From Octopus bimaculoides (lineage: Eukaryota): a DNA stretch of 48,831 nucleotides. The position numbers and the translations under genes are program-made. Of the stretch, positions 24,302 through 35,355 are shown one piece after another. The first letter of the stretch is position 1. Every line of letters begins with the position of its first letter. The notes under the pieces were generated by a model, which was not told the DNA's origin, did not search any database, and was given only the letters and a program-made list of their open reading frames with translations. Where the stretch lies: contig NC_068984.1 of the NCBI RefSeq assembly GCF_001194135.2, positions 35,487,094 through 35,535,924 on the forward strand. The letters run 5' to 3'.

Positions 24302-26041
24302 NNNNNNNNNNNNNNNNNNNNNNNNNNNNNNNNNNNNNNNNNNNNNNNNNNNNNNNNNNNNNNNNNNNNNNNNNNNNNNNNNNNNNNNNNNNNNNNNNNN
24401 NNNNNNNNNNNNNNNNNNNNNNNNNNNNNNNNNNNNNNNNNNNNNNNNNNNNNNNNNNNNNNNNNNNNNNNNNNNNNNNNNNNNNNNNNNNNNNNNNNNN
24501 NNNNNNNNNNNNNNNNNNNNNNNNNNNNNNNNNNNNNNNNNNNNNNNNNNNNNNNNNNNNNNNNNNNNNNNNNNNNNNNNNNNNNNNNNNNNATATATAT
24601 ATATATATATATATATCACAAATAGTAGAAGGTAGGTCAGACAACTAGGATCAAATCTTGACGGATACTTAAGATCAAGCTTTAGCTGAGGTGATATCAT
24701 GTCCTGAATAGTTGTAATAGAGGTTACGTGATTTCAGAAACTGTAGTGGTAACTTGAGTGTGCAAAATGGTGAGAGACGTGTTGGTGATGACAATGACGA
24801 TACTGTTGGTCCTGGAGGTGTTGATTTAAGACAAAAACGATGTTAAATTGACTGCGGTGAGGGGCATGGTGGGGTGATGTTAGATAATGAAGGTAAAAGT
24901 GCTGTGTATGACTTGTTTTTTATGAAAAATATGATGTTGACGATAATGGTCTACAAACTATTAAGGTGATGGAGACGGAGGTAATGATCTTGATTCCAGT
25001 GATGTCGCCTTTAATGATAATGATGAAATTATGTATGCAAAAGATGCCGTTAACATTATGAGAAAGGCCATTGAAAATCTTCAAGTTGTTCATTAATGTT
25101 TTACTAGAGACAAAGATTTAATAATGCTTATTATAATCTCTTTAAGATATCAAATGCTTTACGTGCATAATTTTCTAAATGCCCTGAAAGTGTTCAGTCA
25201 AAATCCTGTTGCAGTTAATTTCACCTTTGCTAAATCTAGATCTATTAAATGAAGTATTAGATAAATACTACGGACGATGTAATCTAAAATTTTGGGGCTT
25301 AAGCATAGTCATCTCAATAATTATTTTAGGAGGTGTCACTTGATATATTCACTTGTATTAATTACAAATTAATAAGTAAGGGGATTGTTAAAGTGTAATG
25401 GACAGGAAATTTATCGCGGTTATAAAAGAGCATGATAAACAAAGATTATTTTTCTTTAAGTGGTGCTTTTGACACACTATATATAATAGCCGAGAAATGT
25501 TTGAAATACAATGCAACGCGTATGATATTTTGTGCATTCAGTGTCATTCCGCCGATATTTTAGTAACTTACATGTTAATTTACAGAATAAATTTGGAGAC
25601 CAGCCTGCCGAAACACTTTTAGATATATACCTTATTAACCTGCCTATTATTTCTTTCACACTGGGTGTTATTTATCACCCAGAACATTGAGAACACGTTT
25701 AAAGCATTTGATTAAGATATTATTAGATACAAACATATGCAAATAAATGAATAATTCAATAAAAGTGTACACACTGAAGCAGAAAACTGCAACAAAACAA
25801 TAACAAGAGACATTATTACTTATAAACATTAATAAAAATAAATCAGACGTTATAAAAGTCGGAAATATTTATCACGATTCTTGAACATTTCATAGGCAGA
25901 TTTGAATATAGAATGGTATCTGTTACTGTTGCAATAACATCTTTTTATTGTCCTGTCTGGTGATACCTACCTACATACATACATATGTACACAGACTAAC
26001 ACCCACACATACATATATACATATAAACAAATATATATATA

Positions 26042-26074
<33 letters not shown>

Positions 26075-26677
26075 CCATATATTTGTACATATAGACATAC
26101 ATGCATAATTTACAAGCAACGAGTACCGAATACATCTTTAAAAATATCTAATTACATATAATTTTGAGAACAAATATCATTCATTAAAAAGTGGAGAGAA
26201 TCAATTACTTTTATAGAATTCATAATAAAATCCTCTCATATTTTTTGTTCTTGTAATTGCCAAGCATATAATGTTGGCTTAGATACAACGTATAAATATA
26301 TATTATTTCGTGGAAATTGTAGGAGTCTATTTTAGAAAGTCTGCTACACACATACACTCCATAATATATTTATGATTTCCTATTTTTTTTCTATTCAAAT
26401 CAGGCTGGAAACAATAACATTTAACATTCTGATGGCCCTTAAGATAGCAAGTAAACACAAAAAACAAAAACATGTACACACACACATACACACAAGCATA
26501 GACACACACACACACACACACATACACACACACACACACACACCATGAACAATTGCGTACACAGTTTCTCTACGTCGATATGTGTATGCCTGTATGTGTT
26601 TGACCATATATACTTATATGCATTGATACACACACACACGCACACACACACGCACACACGCACACACACACGCGCAT

Positions 26678-26721
<44 letters not shown>

Positions 26722-27499
26722 GCGTATGTACCAAGGTGTATAAACAATGCAGTCTAATGAATATGAAATCTCAAATTTTAGATATAGCCTGTCCGAAATT
26801 TTCGTTGTTTCGGTAGACGATTAAATGATATTTTTGTAGCATCATAACGGACTTTTGTTGGCAGTTTAAGAGTAATAGGAACATATTATTACACAATATA
26901 TAAATAGTTCCAATGTTAAGCTTATAATTTTATCTTGTTATCCATTGCAAAAAAAAAAAAAAGTTTAGTATTGCTAGAGCAGTTTAATTGAAGATATCCT
27001 TAATAGTATTGCAACTATAAACACTCAATTATGGTTTTCTATTGCTAAGTCCATATTATTTATATCATCATCAATTTATCATTCGCATTGTAACTTATTT
27101 CATTTTCTTTATCAGCAAACTATATTTATATATTCAATTCAATTCATTTTCGTAGCATAGCAATATGCTTCTATTCTTATTGCCACTTTTATTTTAACTA
27201 CCTGCACATGCTAATCGTATTTCTACAAATATCAGATTTAAAATGTACTTCCCTGCCTTCTTATATCACTCTGTGTCTACACATAAATCATATAAAATCT
27301 CCTATTTCCTGTAATTTTCTCCCACCTTCGATATTTTTCATTATTTTCTGTACCGTTAGGGATTTTGAAAAAAAATAATCTGTATTACGGAACAAAGGCC
27401 ATCAATCGCCAAATATATTCAAACATTTAGCAAGTACGAGTCGTCCGTAAGATATAACCCACAAATAATATTAAGATAAAGAGTTTGTAATACTAAAAC

Positions 27500-27715
27500 T
27501 TCTCTCTACTATAGGCACAAAACCTGACATTCAGAGGAAGTGGGCTAGTCGATAACGTCTTCCCTGGTGTTCGACAAGTACTTATTTCATCGTCCCTGAA
27601 ATGAAGGGACGAAAATTACACTTTGGTGATACTTGATCTCACAAAGTAAAATTATAATCAAATACGACTAAACGTTTTATCACACGTGGTACCGATTCTG
27701 CCACCTCGCTGCATT
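27500..27715 (-). mobile_element. SINE family B, diverged
   Basis: ACTATAGGCACAAAACCTGA...AAGTACTTATTTCATCG...CGATTCTGCCACCTCGCTGC matches family B in reverse. Confidence 0.7.
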
Positions 27716-28245
27716 TGGATACACTAATAATATACAAAAAAACACACGCACATGCACACACTCACACACATACAGAATCAAATACTCATGCACACACGCA
27801 CATGGCCACATATGAGTGTATGCATGTTAAAGTGAGGGAGTGGAGGAGGGGCAGGGGACTAAAAACTTAGCAGCAGTCGCTTCAGTGCGAGTTTGAGCAA
27901 AATGAAATGCGACTGAAATGAAGATACTTAAAAATGAATGGATTCTTCTTGGTCTCTCTTCAAAATTTACAATATGTTTAGCAGAGTGGCTGAAAATAAT
28001 TCCTTTTGGAATATTTATACGAGGCTGAGACAAAAGTTGCTAAAATACATTATAACTAATTTATGGCATAATGATTTATCATCATCGATTAAAATCTATT
28101 GAACAAATGACAGTTATACACAGTAAGATGGCTATATATTATTCTTTTATTCCGTCACACGTTCTCTGTGTCTATATTTCTCCCAGTCATCTCTTTCTAC
28201 AGCCACATGTTTATTGCATACGTGTGTGTGTGGGGGGGTGCGCAT

Positions 28246-28278
<33 letters not shown>

Positions 28279-28588
28279 NNNNNNNNNNNNNNNNNNNNNN
28301 NNNNNGGATACGATATTAACTCTCTGAACACAACAATCAGTATCCGACATTTGTTTCGACATTTAGTCGTTAGTCACCGCGCTAATTCTTCCTCTGGGTA
28401 TTTCGGTGTGCTCTACGCTGGACTGTAAAGGCTGCCTGGAGTATATATCAATATATCAACATTTATTTTATATCTATATAGAAAATATATTATAATATGT
28501 AGTATATATCTTTAAAATATATTTTGTGGATGTACATGTCTCCATACACTTTATTATTATTAATGTTATTATTAGTGTTAACTTGTGA

Positions 28589-28835
28589 AGGTGCATGGCT
28601 CAGTGGTTAGAGCGTCGTGAGATTGTGAGTTTGAGTCCCGGACCGGGCTGCGTGCTGTGTTCTTGAACAAGACAATATATTTCACGTTGCCCCAGTTCGC
28701 ACAGCTGTAGAAATGAATTGCGACGTCGCAGGTGCCAAGCTGTATCGGCCTTTGCCTTTCCCTTGGATAACACTGTTGGCGCGGAGAGGGGAGGCCGGTA
28801 TGCATGGGCGATTGCTGGTCTTCCGTAAACAACCA
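28589..28835 (+). mobile_element. tRNA-derived CORE-like SINE, family C
   Basis: A box TGGCTCAGTGG, B-box-like GAGTTTGAGTCCC, CORE-like TTCTTGAACAAGACA...TTCACGTTGCCCCAGT..CAGCTGT. Confidence 0.75.
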
Positions 28836-28984
28836 TGCCTGACACTCCCTTATTCTTTACGCACTCATCTCTTTAGATTCATATATCTTTCTCTCTCTAT
28901 CACCCTCACCTCCACATTCCTTCTAGTAATTTATCCTGACTGACCACTAACCTTCTCTTCTCCCTGTTTTTGATGTAGCTTTAC

Positions 28985-29360
28985 AAACACATTCCCAACT
29001 TTTAAGTCACTTAAATAAAACCACGAATCAATAACACCATGTACAACCTCTATGCTTAGAATGACTAATTTTAAATACAATTGGGCTTTAATCACAAGGT
29101 ATAGGAATCTTATATGTATACCATTCTGTCTAAATAATGGAACTGAAGATACAATATCCCTGCATATCTCACTTCTATTTTCATTCCTCCACTTCACTCC
29201 CTTTTTCACATCTTATCTAGAATAACTATTGCTTAGCCCTTTTCTCACACCGTCTCCAATGAAGGGATATATAAAATATCCCGGAAACAGCAGTAACACC
29301 TTCTATTTATAAATATTCTGAAATCTTTACTGCCTTGGATTTTTATCTCATTCTGTTATA
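28985..29360 (+). mobile_element. about 380-bp hammerhead-bearing repeat (Penelope pLTR-like or retrozyme-like), copy 1
   Basis: Colinear with 42440-42830 (CACATTCCCAACTTTTAAGTCA ... TTCCTCCACTTCACT ... CACCGTCTC ... TTTTATCTCATTCT); ends in (TA)n. Confidence 0.75.
29251..29300 (+). ncRNA. degenerate minimal hammerhead motif
   Basis: CGTCT-CCAATGA-A-GGGATAT(ataaa)ATATCCC-G-GAAA-CAGCAGTA-ACAC. Perfect 7-bp stem II; core CTGA changed to CCAA. Confidence 0.55.
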
Positions 29361-30018
29361 TATATATATATATATATATNNNNNNNNNNNNNNNNNNNNN
29401 NNNNNNNNNNNNNNNNNNNNNNNNNNNNNNNNNNNNNNNNNNNNNNNNNNNNNNNNNNNNNNNNNNNNNNNNNNNNNNNNNNNNNNNNNNNNNNNNNNNN
29501 NNNNNNNNNNNNNNNNNNNNNNNNNNNNNNNNNNNNNNNNNNNNNNNNNNNNNNNNNNNNNNNNNNNNNNNNNNNNNNNNNNNNNNNNNNNNNNNNNNNN
29601 NNNNNNNNNNNNNNNNNNNNNNNNNNNNNNNNNNNNNNNNNNNNNNNNNNNNNNNNNNNNNNNNNNNNNNNNNNNNNNNNNNNNNNNNNNNNNNNNNNNN
29701 NNNNNNNNNNNNNNNNNNNNNNNNNNNNNNNNNNNNNNNNNNNNNNNNNNNNNNNNNNNNNNNNNNNNNNNNNNNNNNNNNNNNNNNNNNNNNNNNNNNN
29801 NNNNNNNNNNNNNNNNNNNNNNNNNNNNNNNNNNNNNNNNNNNNNNNNNNNNNNNNNNNNNNNNNNNNNNNNNNNNNNNNNNNNNNNNNNNNNNNNNNNN
29901 NNNNNNNNNNNNNNNNNNNNNNNNNNNNNNNNNNNNNNNNNNNNNNNNNNNNNNNNNNNNNNNNNNNNNNNNNNNNNNNNNNNNNNNNNNNNNNNNNNNN
30001 NNNNNNNNNNNNNNNNNN

Positions 30019-30073
<55 letters not shown>

Positions 30074-31479
30074 TACACACACACACACACACATATAAGG
30101 GAGAGAGAAGGGGGAGAAATACAGAGAGGCAGGCAGAGTGATACAATCACACACGCCATCATACATGCAAGGAACATTCTATACGAAATAACTTTAAAAC
30201 AGTCACGTTTTATCATCAGATTATGATTTTACTGTAAAATGTTTTTTGTGATGCAGTCAGGAGCATATATAATACTTTAGTACATTGTTCTGCTTTCTAA
30301 TGTTTGTGTTTTCAAGTAGTAATTGAAAGAACTAATGCACGAAAAAGGTGATACTTTCTTCCAAAAGAAACGTATGCCATTCCGGAAAAAAATGTTTATT
30401 GACACATATTATATGAATGTTCATTATTAGTTTGTACACTGCCATAGATGCTCAGCTAGTAGTATAGAGAACTGAAGTAGACGCACAATACACTGGATAA
30501 TATATCAATGAAGCTGTGACAGTGATAATAGATTTCATTCAACTAATTATATAAAATAATGCATGACTGTGTGCGAGTTTACTTGAAATGTTGAAATAAT
30601 GATTTCAAATATCTGTGATCCTGTAAGAAAGCTTAAAGTGAAGCAGTGTATTAAGAATTTAATCAAGAGCATTAACAATAAACAAAATATTCTTAAGATG
30701 GAAAAATATTATATTTTACGACCTCAGATATGGGGCTTTTGTGTTGCTATAGTGAGCATATTGTTATCTGTATTTGGATATTGTTATCTGTATTCCCTTC
30801 TATTAAAGGAATAGAAGGGAAACGAATGATTCCTCGGAGTGGGACGTATCGAACGTATAGAGAGGTTTTACACTGTTAACAGAAAGTATCAAACCATGCA
30901 GAATTAATTTTGCAGGAAACGATTGGTAAATTAAGAACGAATTCGTCCTTAACAAACTATTATATTTTGCGATAAAATAGAGTTAAATATTTCTGATCCT
31001 AGGTGAAGCACATGCTTCAAGGCCCGTAAACTTGAATTATAATGAACAATTGGTTATGCAGTCATGAGTTCATGGTTTTCATCCTCGAACAATTAGCGTA
31101 TTTATTTCTTCCTTCCTCCAGGTGTATCATTTGACGTTGGCTCAGAAAGGATTAGCAGTTTAGTAACAGATTTGATCCTTTCTTACTTTAGATTTCACAT
31201 TCTAGATGTGCATTGGGTATCAACGTTGAGAATGCCTTGTGAGGTTAAGAGACCGCTGGCAATATCATCAGAATGTTAATAATTTAACGAAACCATGGTA
31301 CATATAACACTTCACACATGCTCTCCTGTAACCGCTATCGGAAATTACTTACGTAATTATATATAATGCAAACCAGTTTGAAGTGGTAGATATTTGAAAA
31401 TGCTTTTTGTCGATTTTCACGTATGTAAATAATGTATGACAAAAATATAGTTCCTGCTAATATTATATCATTATATAAT

Positions 31480-31670
31480 ATTGGTTTCAAATTTTGACAC
31501 AAGGCCGTCCAGTTCCGGTCGATTACATTGACCGGTATTTATTTTATGGACCCCACGCGGATGACAAGCAAAATCGACCTTGATGATATTTCACCGAAGA
31601 ATGTAGATTTGAATGAAATGTCGTTAAGCATTTTTTCGAAAGTACTCATGATACTGCTAGCTCGCTGCCT
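31480..31670 (-). mobile_element. SINE family B, tandem copy 1
   Basis: TTGGTTTCAAATTTTGACACAAGG ... GCTAGCTCGCTGCCTT. Confidence 0.8.
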
Positions 31671-31686
31671 TATCATAATAATAAAT

Positions 31687-31900
31687 TCCTTTCAAATTTT
31701 GACCGAAGTCCAGTAATTTAAGCAAGAGGTAAGTCGATTCAATCCACTCCGCTATGTAACTGGTACTTATTCAATCGACCTTGAGAGAATGAACGGCAAT
31801 GTTGACCTTGGTGGAATTTGAGATCAGAACGTAAATCCTGACGAAATAGCCCTAAGCATTTTGCCGGTATGTAAACTTTTCTGCCAACTCTCGGCATGTT
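31687..31900 (-). mobile_element. SINE family B, tandem copy 2
   Basis: TTTCAAATTTTGACC...AACTGGTACTTATTCAATCGACC...GGAATTTGAGATCAGAACGTAAA...CTAAGCATTTTGCCGG...CTGCCAACTC. Confidence 0.82.
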
Positions 31901-31916
31901 TATCGTACTAACATGT

Positions 31917-32140
31917 AGGTTTCAGATACAGGCACATGGCCAGCAAATTTGGCGGTGGGAGCGAATCCATTAAATCGACCCAGCCCTCTATTATTACTTA
32001 TTTTATCTAACGCGATAGGATGAAATGTATTAAAAAAGACAATTAACCTTGCCTGAATTTGAACTCCGAACGTAAACAGGTACGGAATGCGCTAAGCATT
32101 TTGCCCGGCGCGCTTACGATTTTCGCATCTTGCCGCCTTC
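31917..32140 (-). mobile_element. SINE family B, tandem copy 3
   Basis: TAGGTTTCAGATACAGGCAC...GAATTTGAACTCCGAACGTAAA...CTAAGCATTTTGCCCGGCGCGCTTACGATT...GCCGCCTT. Confidence 0.82.
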
Positions 32141-34663
32141 TATCATGCTAATATATTTAAATTTATTTTATTGCCTTTTGACCCAGATCAAAGTGAAATT
32201 TAAACCAATGTATTAAGTTTTATTGTGTGCAAAAATGTTCAATAAGAAAAGGAAATGCTTCAAGCAAAACATATATAGTTTGAATTCTTTTTTTTTTCTG
32301 GGAGTGCAGAGTTTTGTTATTTTACCGGATTCGTACTTGTGTATCACTGTTGTATACTGTTATTCTTTTCTATAGGAATTAGAAAGTGAGTGCCTTATTT
32401 GTGTTCTCATACAAATTTACAATTCATATATTTTGATCTACTCAGCAGTAAAATACAATTTTCTTACTGATAATTCAAAAATACTATTCGTGTCTTATTA
32501 CATAGAAGATAAAACTTTGTAGAGGAGGGAATAGTAGGGTTTCATTTAGTTCTTCAAAAGAAACAAAATTTATACATTTGGGAATAGGAAATAACTACAA
32601 TAGCAAATCATTCAAACATAATATATTCATTTGAATGACTGAAACAATAATACAGTGACATAGGTGAATGTGTAGCTTTCTTCAAAATTAGCTCAATAAC
32701 AAATATTTATATGATTTCTTAACAGTGAAACGAATATTTGAAGCTTTGTAATTTTCAGCAAGGAGATAAGGAAGTAACTGTATGCAATGAAAAACCAAAA
32801 ATAATGTTATAGGATTTCAAATCAGTATGTCTATTTTCCTATATGAAAAGTAGTTGTTGAAATAAAGATTAATTGCTCATACCTGATGCTAGGTTCAGGG
32901 AATATTCGTAAAGAAAATGAAAAATTACATTGTTTGACTGTCTCAAATCCCTGTGATGGAGTACCATACCAAGTAAGTGCCATTCACTCACAGTCAATGT
33001 ATTGCATGCAAACTTCAATTCCTGATCAGATGATATAATCTGATTTAAATAACAAGCGCATTCCGAATTACTGAATGTGAAAAAGAAGCAGAAAACTTTA
33101 CGAAGAAATGGGCGTAATTTACATGTATATTTGTGTGTGTATTTGAGAGAGCGAGAGAGAGAGAGAGAGAGAGAGAGAGTATACAGTGTGTGCAAAGTGT
33201 GTAGATTAATACGAGAAGTTCAAAGCCCTCCTCGATGCTTAGAGGCGTGATTTTCCATTATGGATATTACAGCTGGGACATCATATTCACTTATTAAGGA
33301 TTCACGTTCCAGATGATCATACACAGAAGGAAGTGCTTTGTAGGAAATATGTTGATGAGAATATTTGGGTATATGCATGGGATACCTGAGTACGACCAGC
33401 AGAAAGGAAAATTAAAGACAAGGAAATGGAAACGGAGTGGGGACGAGAGAAAAGTGTACATGTGTCTCTAAATTTCTGATCAGATCTAGGAGATGTATAT
33501 TCAAAGGACTGCTGGAAAATATATGACAGTTTCTCTTTTTTTCCTTTTATTTTTTTTCCTGATTTTACTACTAGCAACTCATTGTCCCCTATCGTTATTT
33601 TTCAACCTCTCGTTTCTGCGGTTCATTTTGTCTTCTTGGTATAGCGTTCGTAGCCTCTCTCCCTAAACAGCTCCCAGTAAACTAGCGTTCTTCTTTCTAA
33701 CGGTCATTTAACTTAGCTATATAGTGTTATTACTTGTACGTAACGTTAGCCTTTAAAGCAAGTCTTGCATTTGCAATATGGTTCCTTGACGCTGAATGTA
33801 TGTGCATATTCCAGCACCTCTCACTTCTTTGGCGTAGTGTACACATACTTTTTGAAACATATGTAGGAATTAAAGGAACTTATTGATTATATGCGTTTGG
33901 TCCATTTATTATTATTCTTTATATCTACTAAAAATACATCATTTTAACATGGAATTTCTACCAATTATCCCAGTTTTTGTGTGATTTTTGCTACCCTGGT
34001 AACTATTAAACTATCTGCATTATCGAAGTTTTTCAACCGAGATAATATTAATATNNNNNNNNNNNNNNNNNNNNNNNNNNNNNNNNNNNNNNNNNNNNNN
34101 NNNNNNNNNNNNNNNNNNNNNNNNNNNNNNNNNNNNNNNNNNNNNNNNNNNNNNNNNNNNNNNNNNNNNNNNNNNNNNNNNNNNNNNNNNNNNNNNNNNN
34201 NNNNNNNNNNNNNNNNNNNNNNNNNNNNNNNNNNNNNNNNNNNNNNNNNNNNNNNNNNNNNNNNNNNNNNNNNNNNNNNNNNNNNNNNNNNNNNNNNNNN
34301 NNNNNNNNNNNNNNNNNNNNNNNNNNNNNNNNNNNNNNNNNNNNNNNNNNNNNNNNNNNNNNNNNNNNNNNNNNNNNNNNNNNNNNNNNNNNNNNNNNNN
34401 NNNNNNNNNNNNNNNNNNNNNNNNNNNNNNNNNNNNNNNNNNNNNNNNNNNNNNNNNNNNNNNNNNNNNNNNNNNNNNNNNNNNNNNNNNNNNNNNNNNN
34501 NNNNNNNNNNNNNNNNNNNNNNNNNNNNNNNNNNNNNNNNNNNNNNNNNNNNNNNNNNNNNNNNNNNNNNNNNNNNNNNNNNNNNNNNNNNNNNNNNNNN
34601 NNNNNNNNNNNNNNNNNNNNNNNNNNNNNNNNNNNNNNNNNNNNNNNNNNNNNNNNNNNNNNN

Positions 34664-34700
<37 letters not shown>

Positions 34701-35299
34701 CCTGAGTATATGTAAGTACATACGCGTATGTACATGAATTTACGAGTATGTTTTTGAGTGTATGTATGTAGGTATATATACATGTTTCTGTTTATGAGTT
34801 TTCGTGTGAGCCTCTGTGTGTATCTGTGTATGTATCCACAACCTGAATATTAAAGATCAGCTAAAGAAATTCATACATAGCCAACCATGAAAAACAGATC
34901 AGCGATACAACCGAATGAAGTACCAATTCCATTCAAATGCAAACCATTACGAAAATAGCCATCTATTATTATTCATAAATGTCTGCCAAATACGCTTTCG
35001 CAGCACACACCATAGGTCTATCAGCTACTACTAAATTCAAACAACGACGGTCGGAGGGGATGGCTTTTATACTCGCGATTTTAAAGTAACGAAGACAACA
35101 CTCGTATATTGCCTGAGGAAACATATCTATATCTCATTATGCAAACAAACAGCTGCATAATCAAACACCTGTATTCCTGGAGATTTACGTTGTGTCGATT
35201 AAATATAACAGCCCAAACGCACTCCGTCTTGTTGACTCCAGTTTCTTCAAATATATATATATATATGACTGAAAATCAATTGTATCAATATCAAAATAG

Positions 35300-35355
35300 T
35301 GAAATCTCTGCACATTTTGCTCATTGGGCTAACGATTCTGCCAACTCCCCGCTTT
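35300..35355 (-). mobile_element. SINE family B head fragment
   Basis: Minus strand GCGGGGAGTTGGCAGAATCGTTAGC matches the family B head. Confidence 0.55.

Noticed and set aside
30190-30222. Hammerhead-like CTGATGA plus a 6-bp stem on the minus strand
   Set aside because: No GAAA follows the stem and no stem I partner is present.
12670-34783. Long ORFs containing X runs or CV/YI/HT dipeptide repeats throughout the window
   Set aside because: Artefacts of assembly gaps and dinucleotide repeats.
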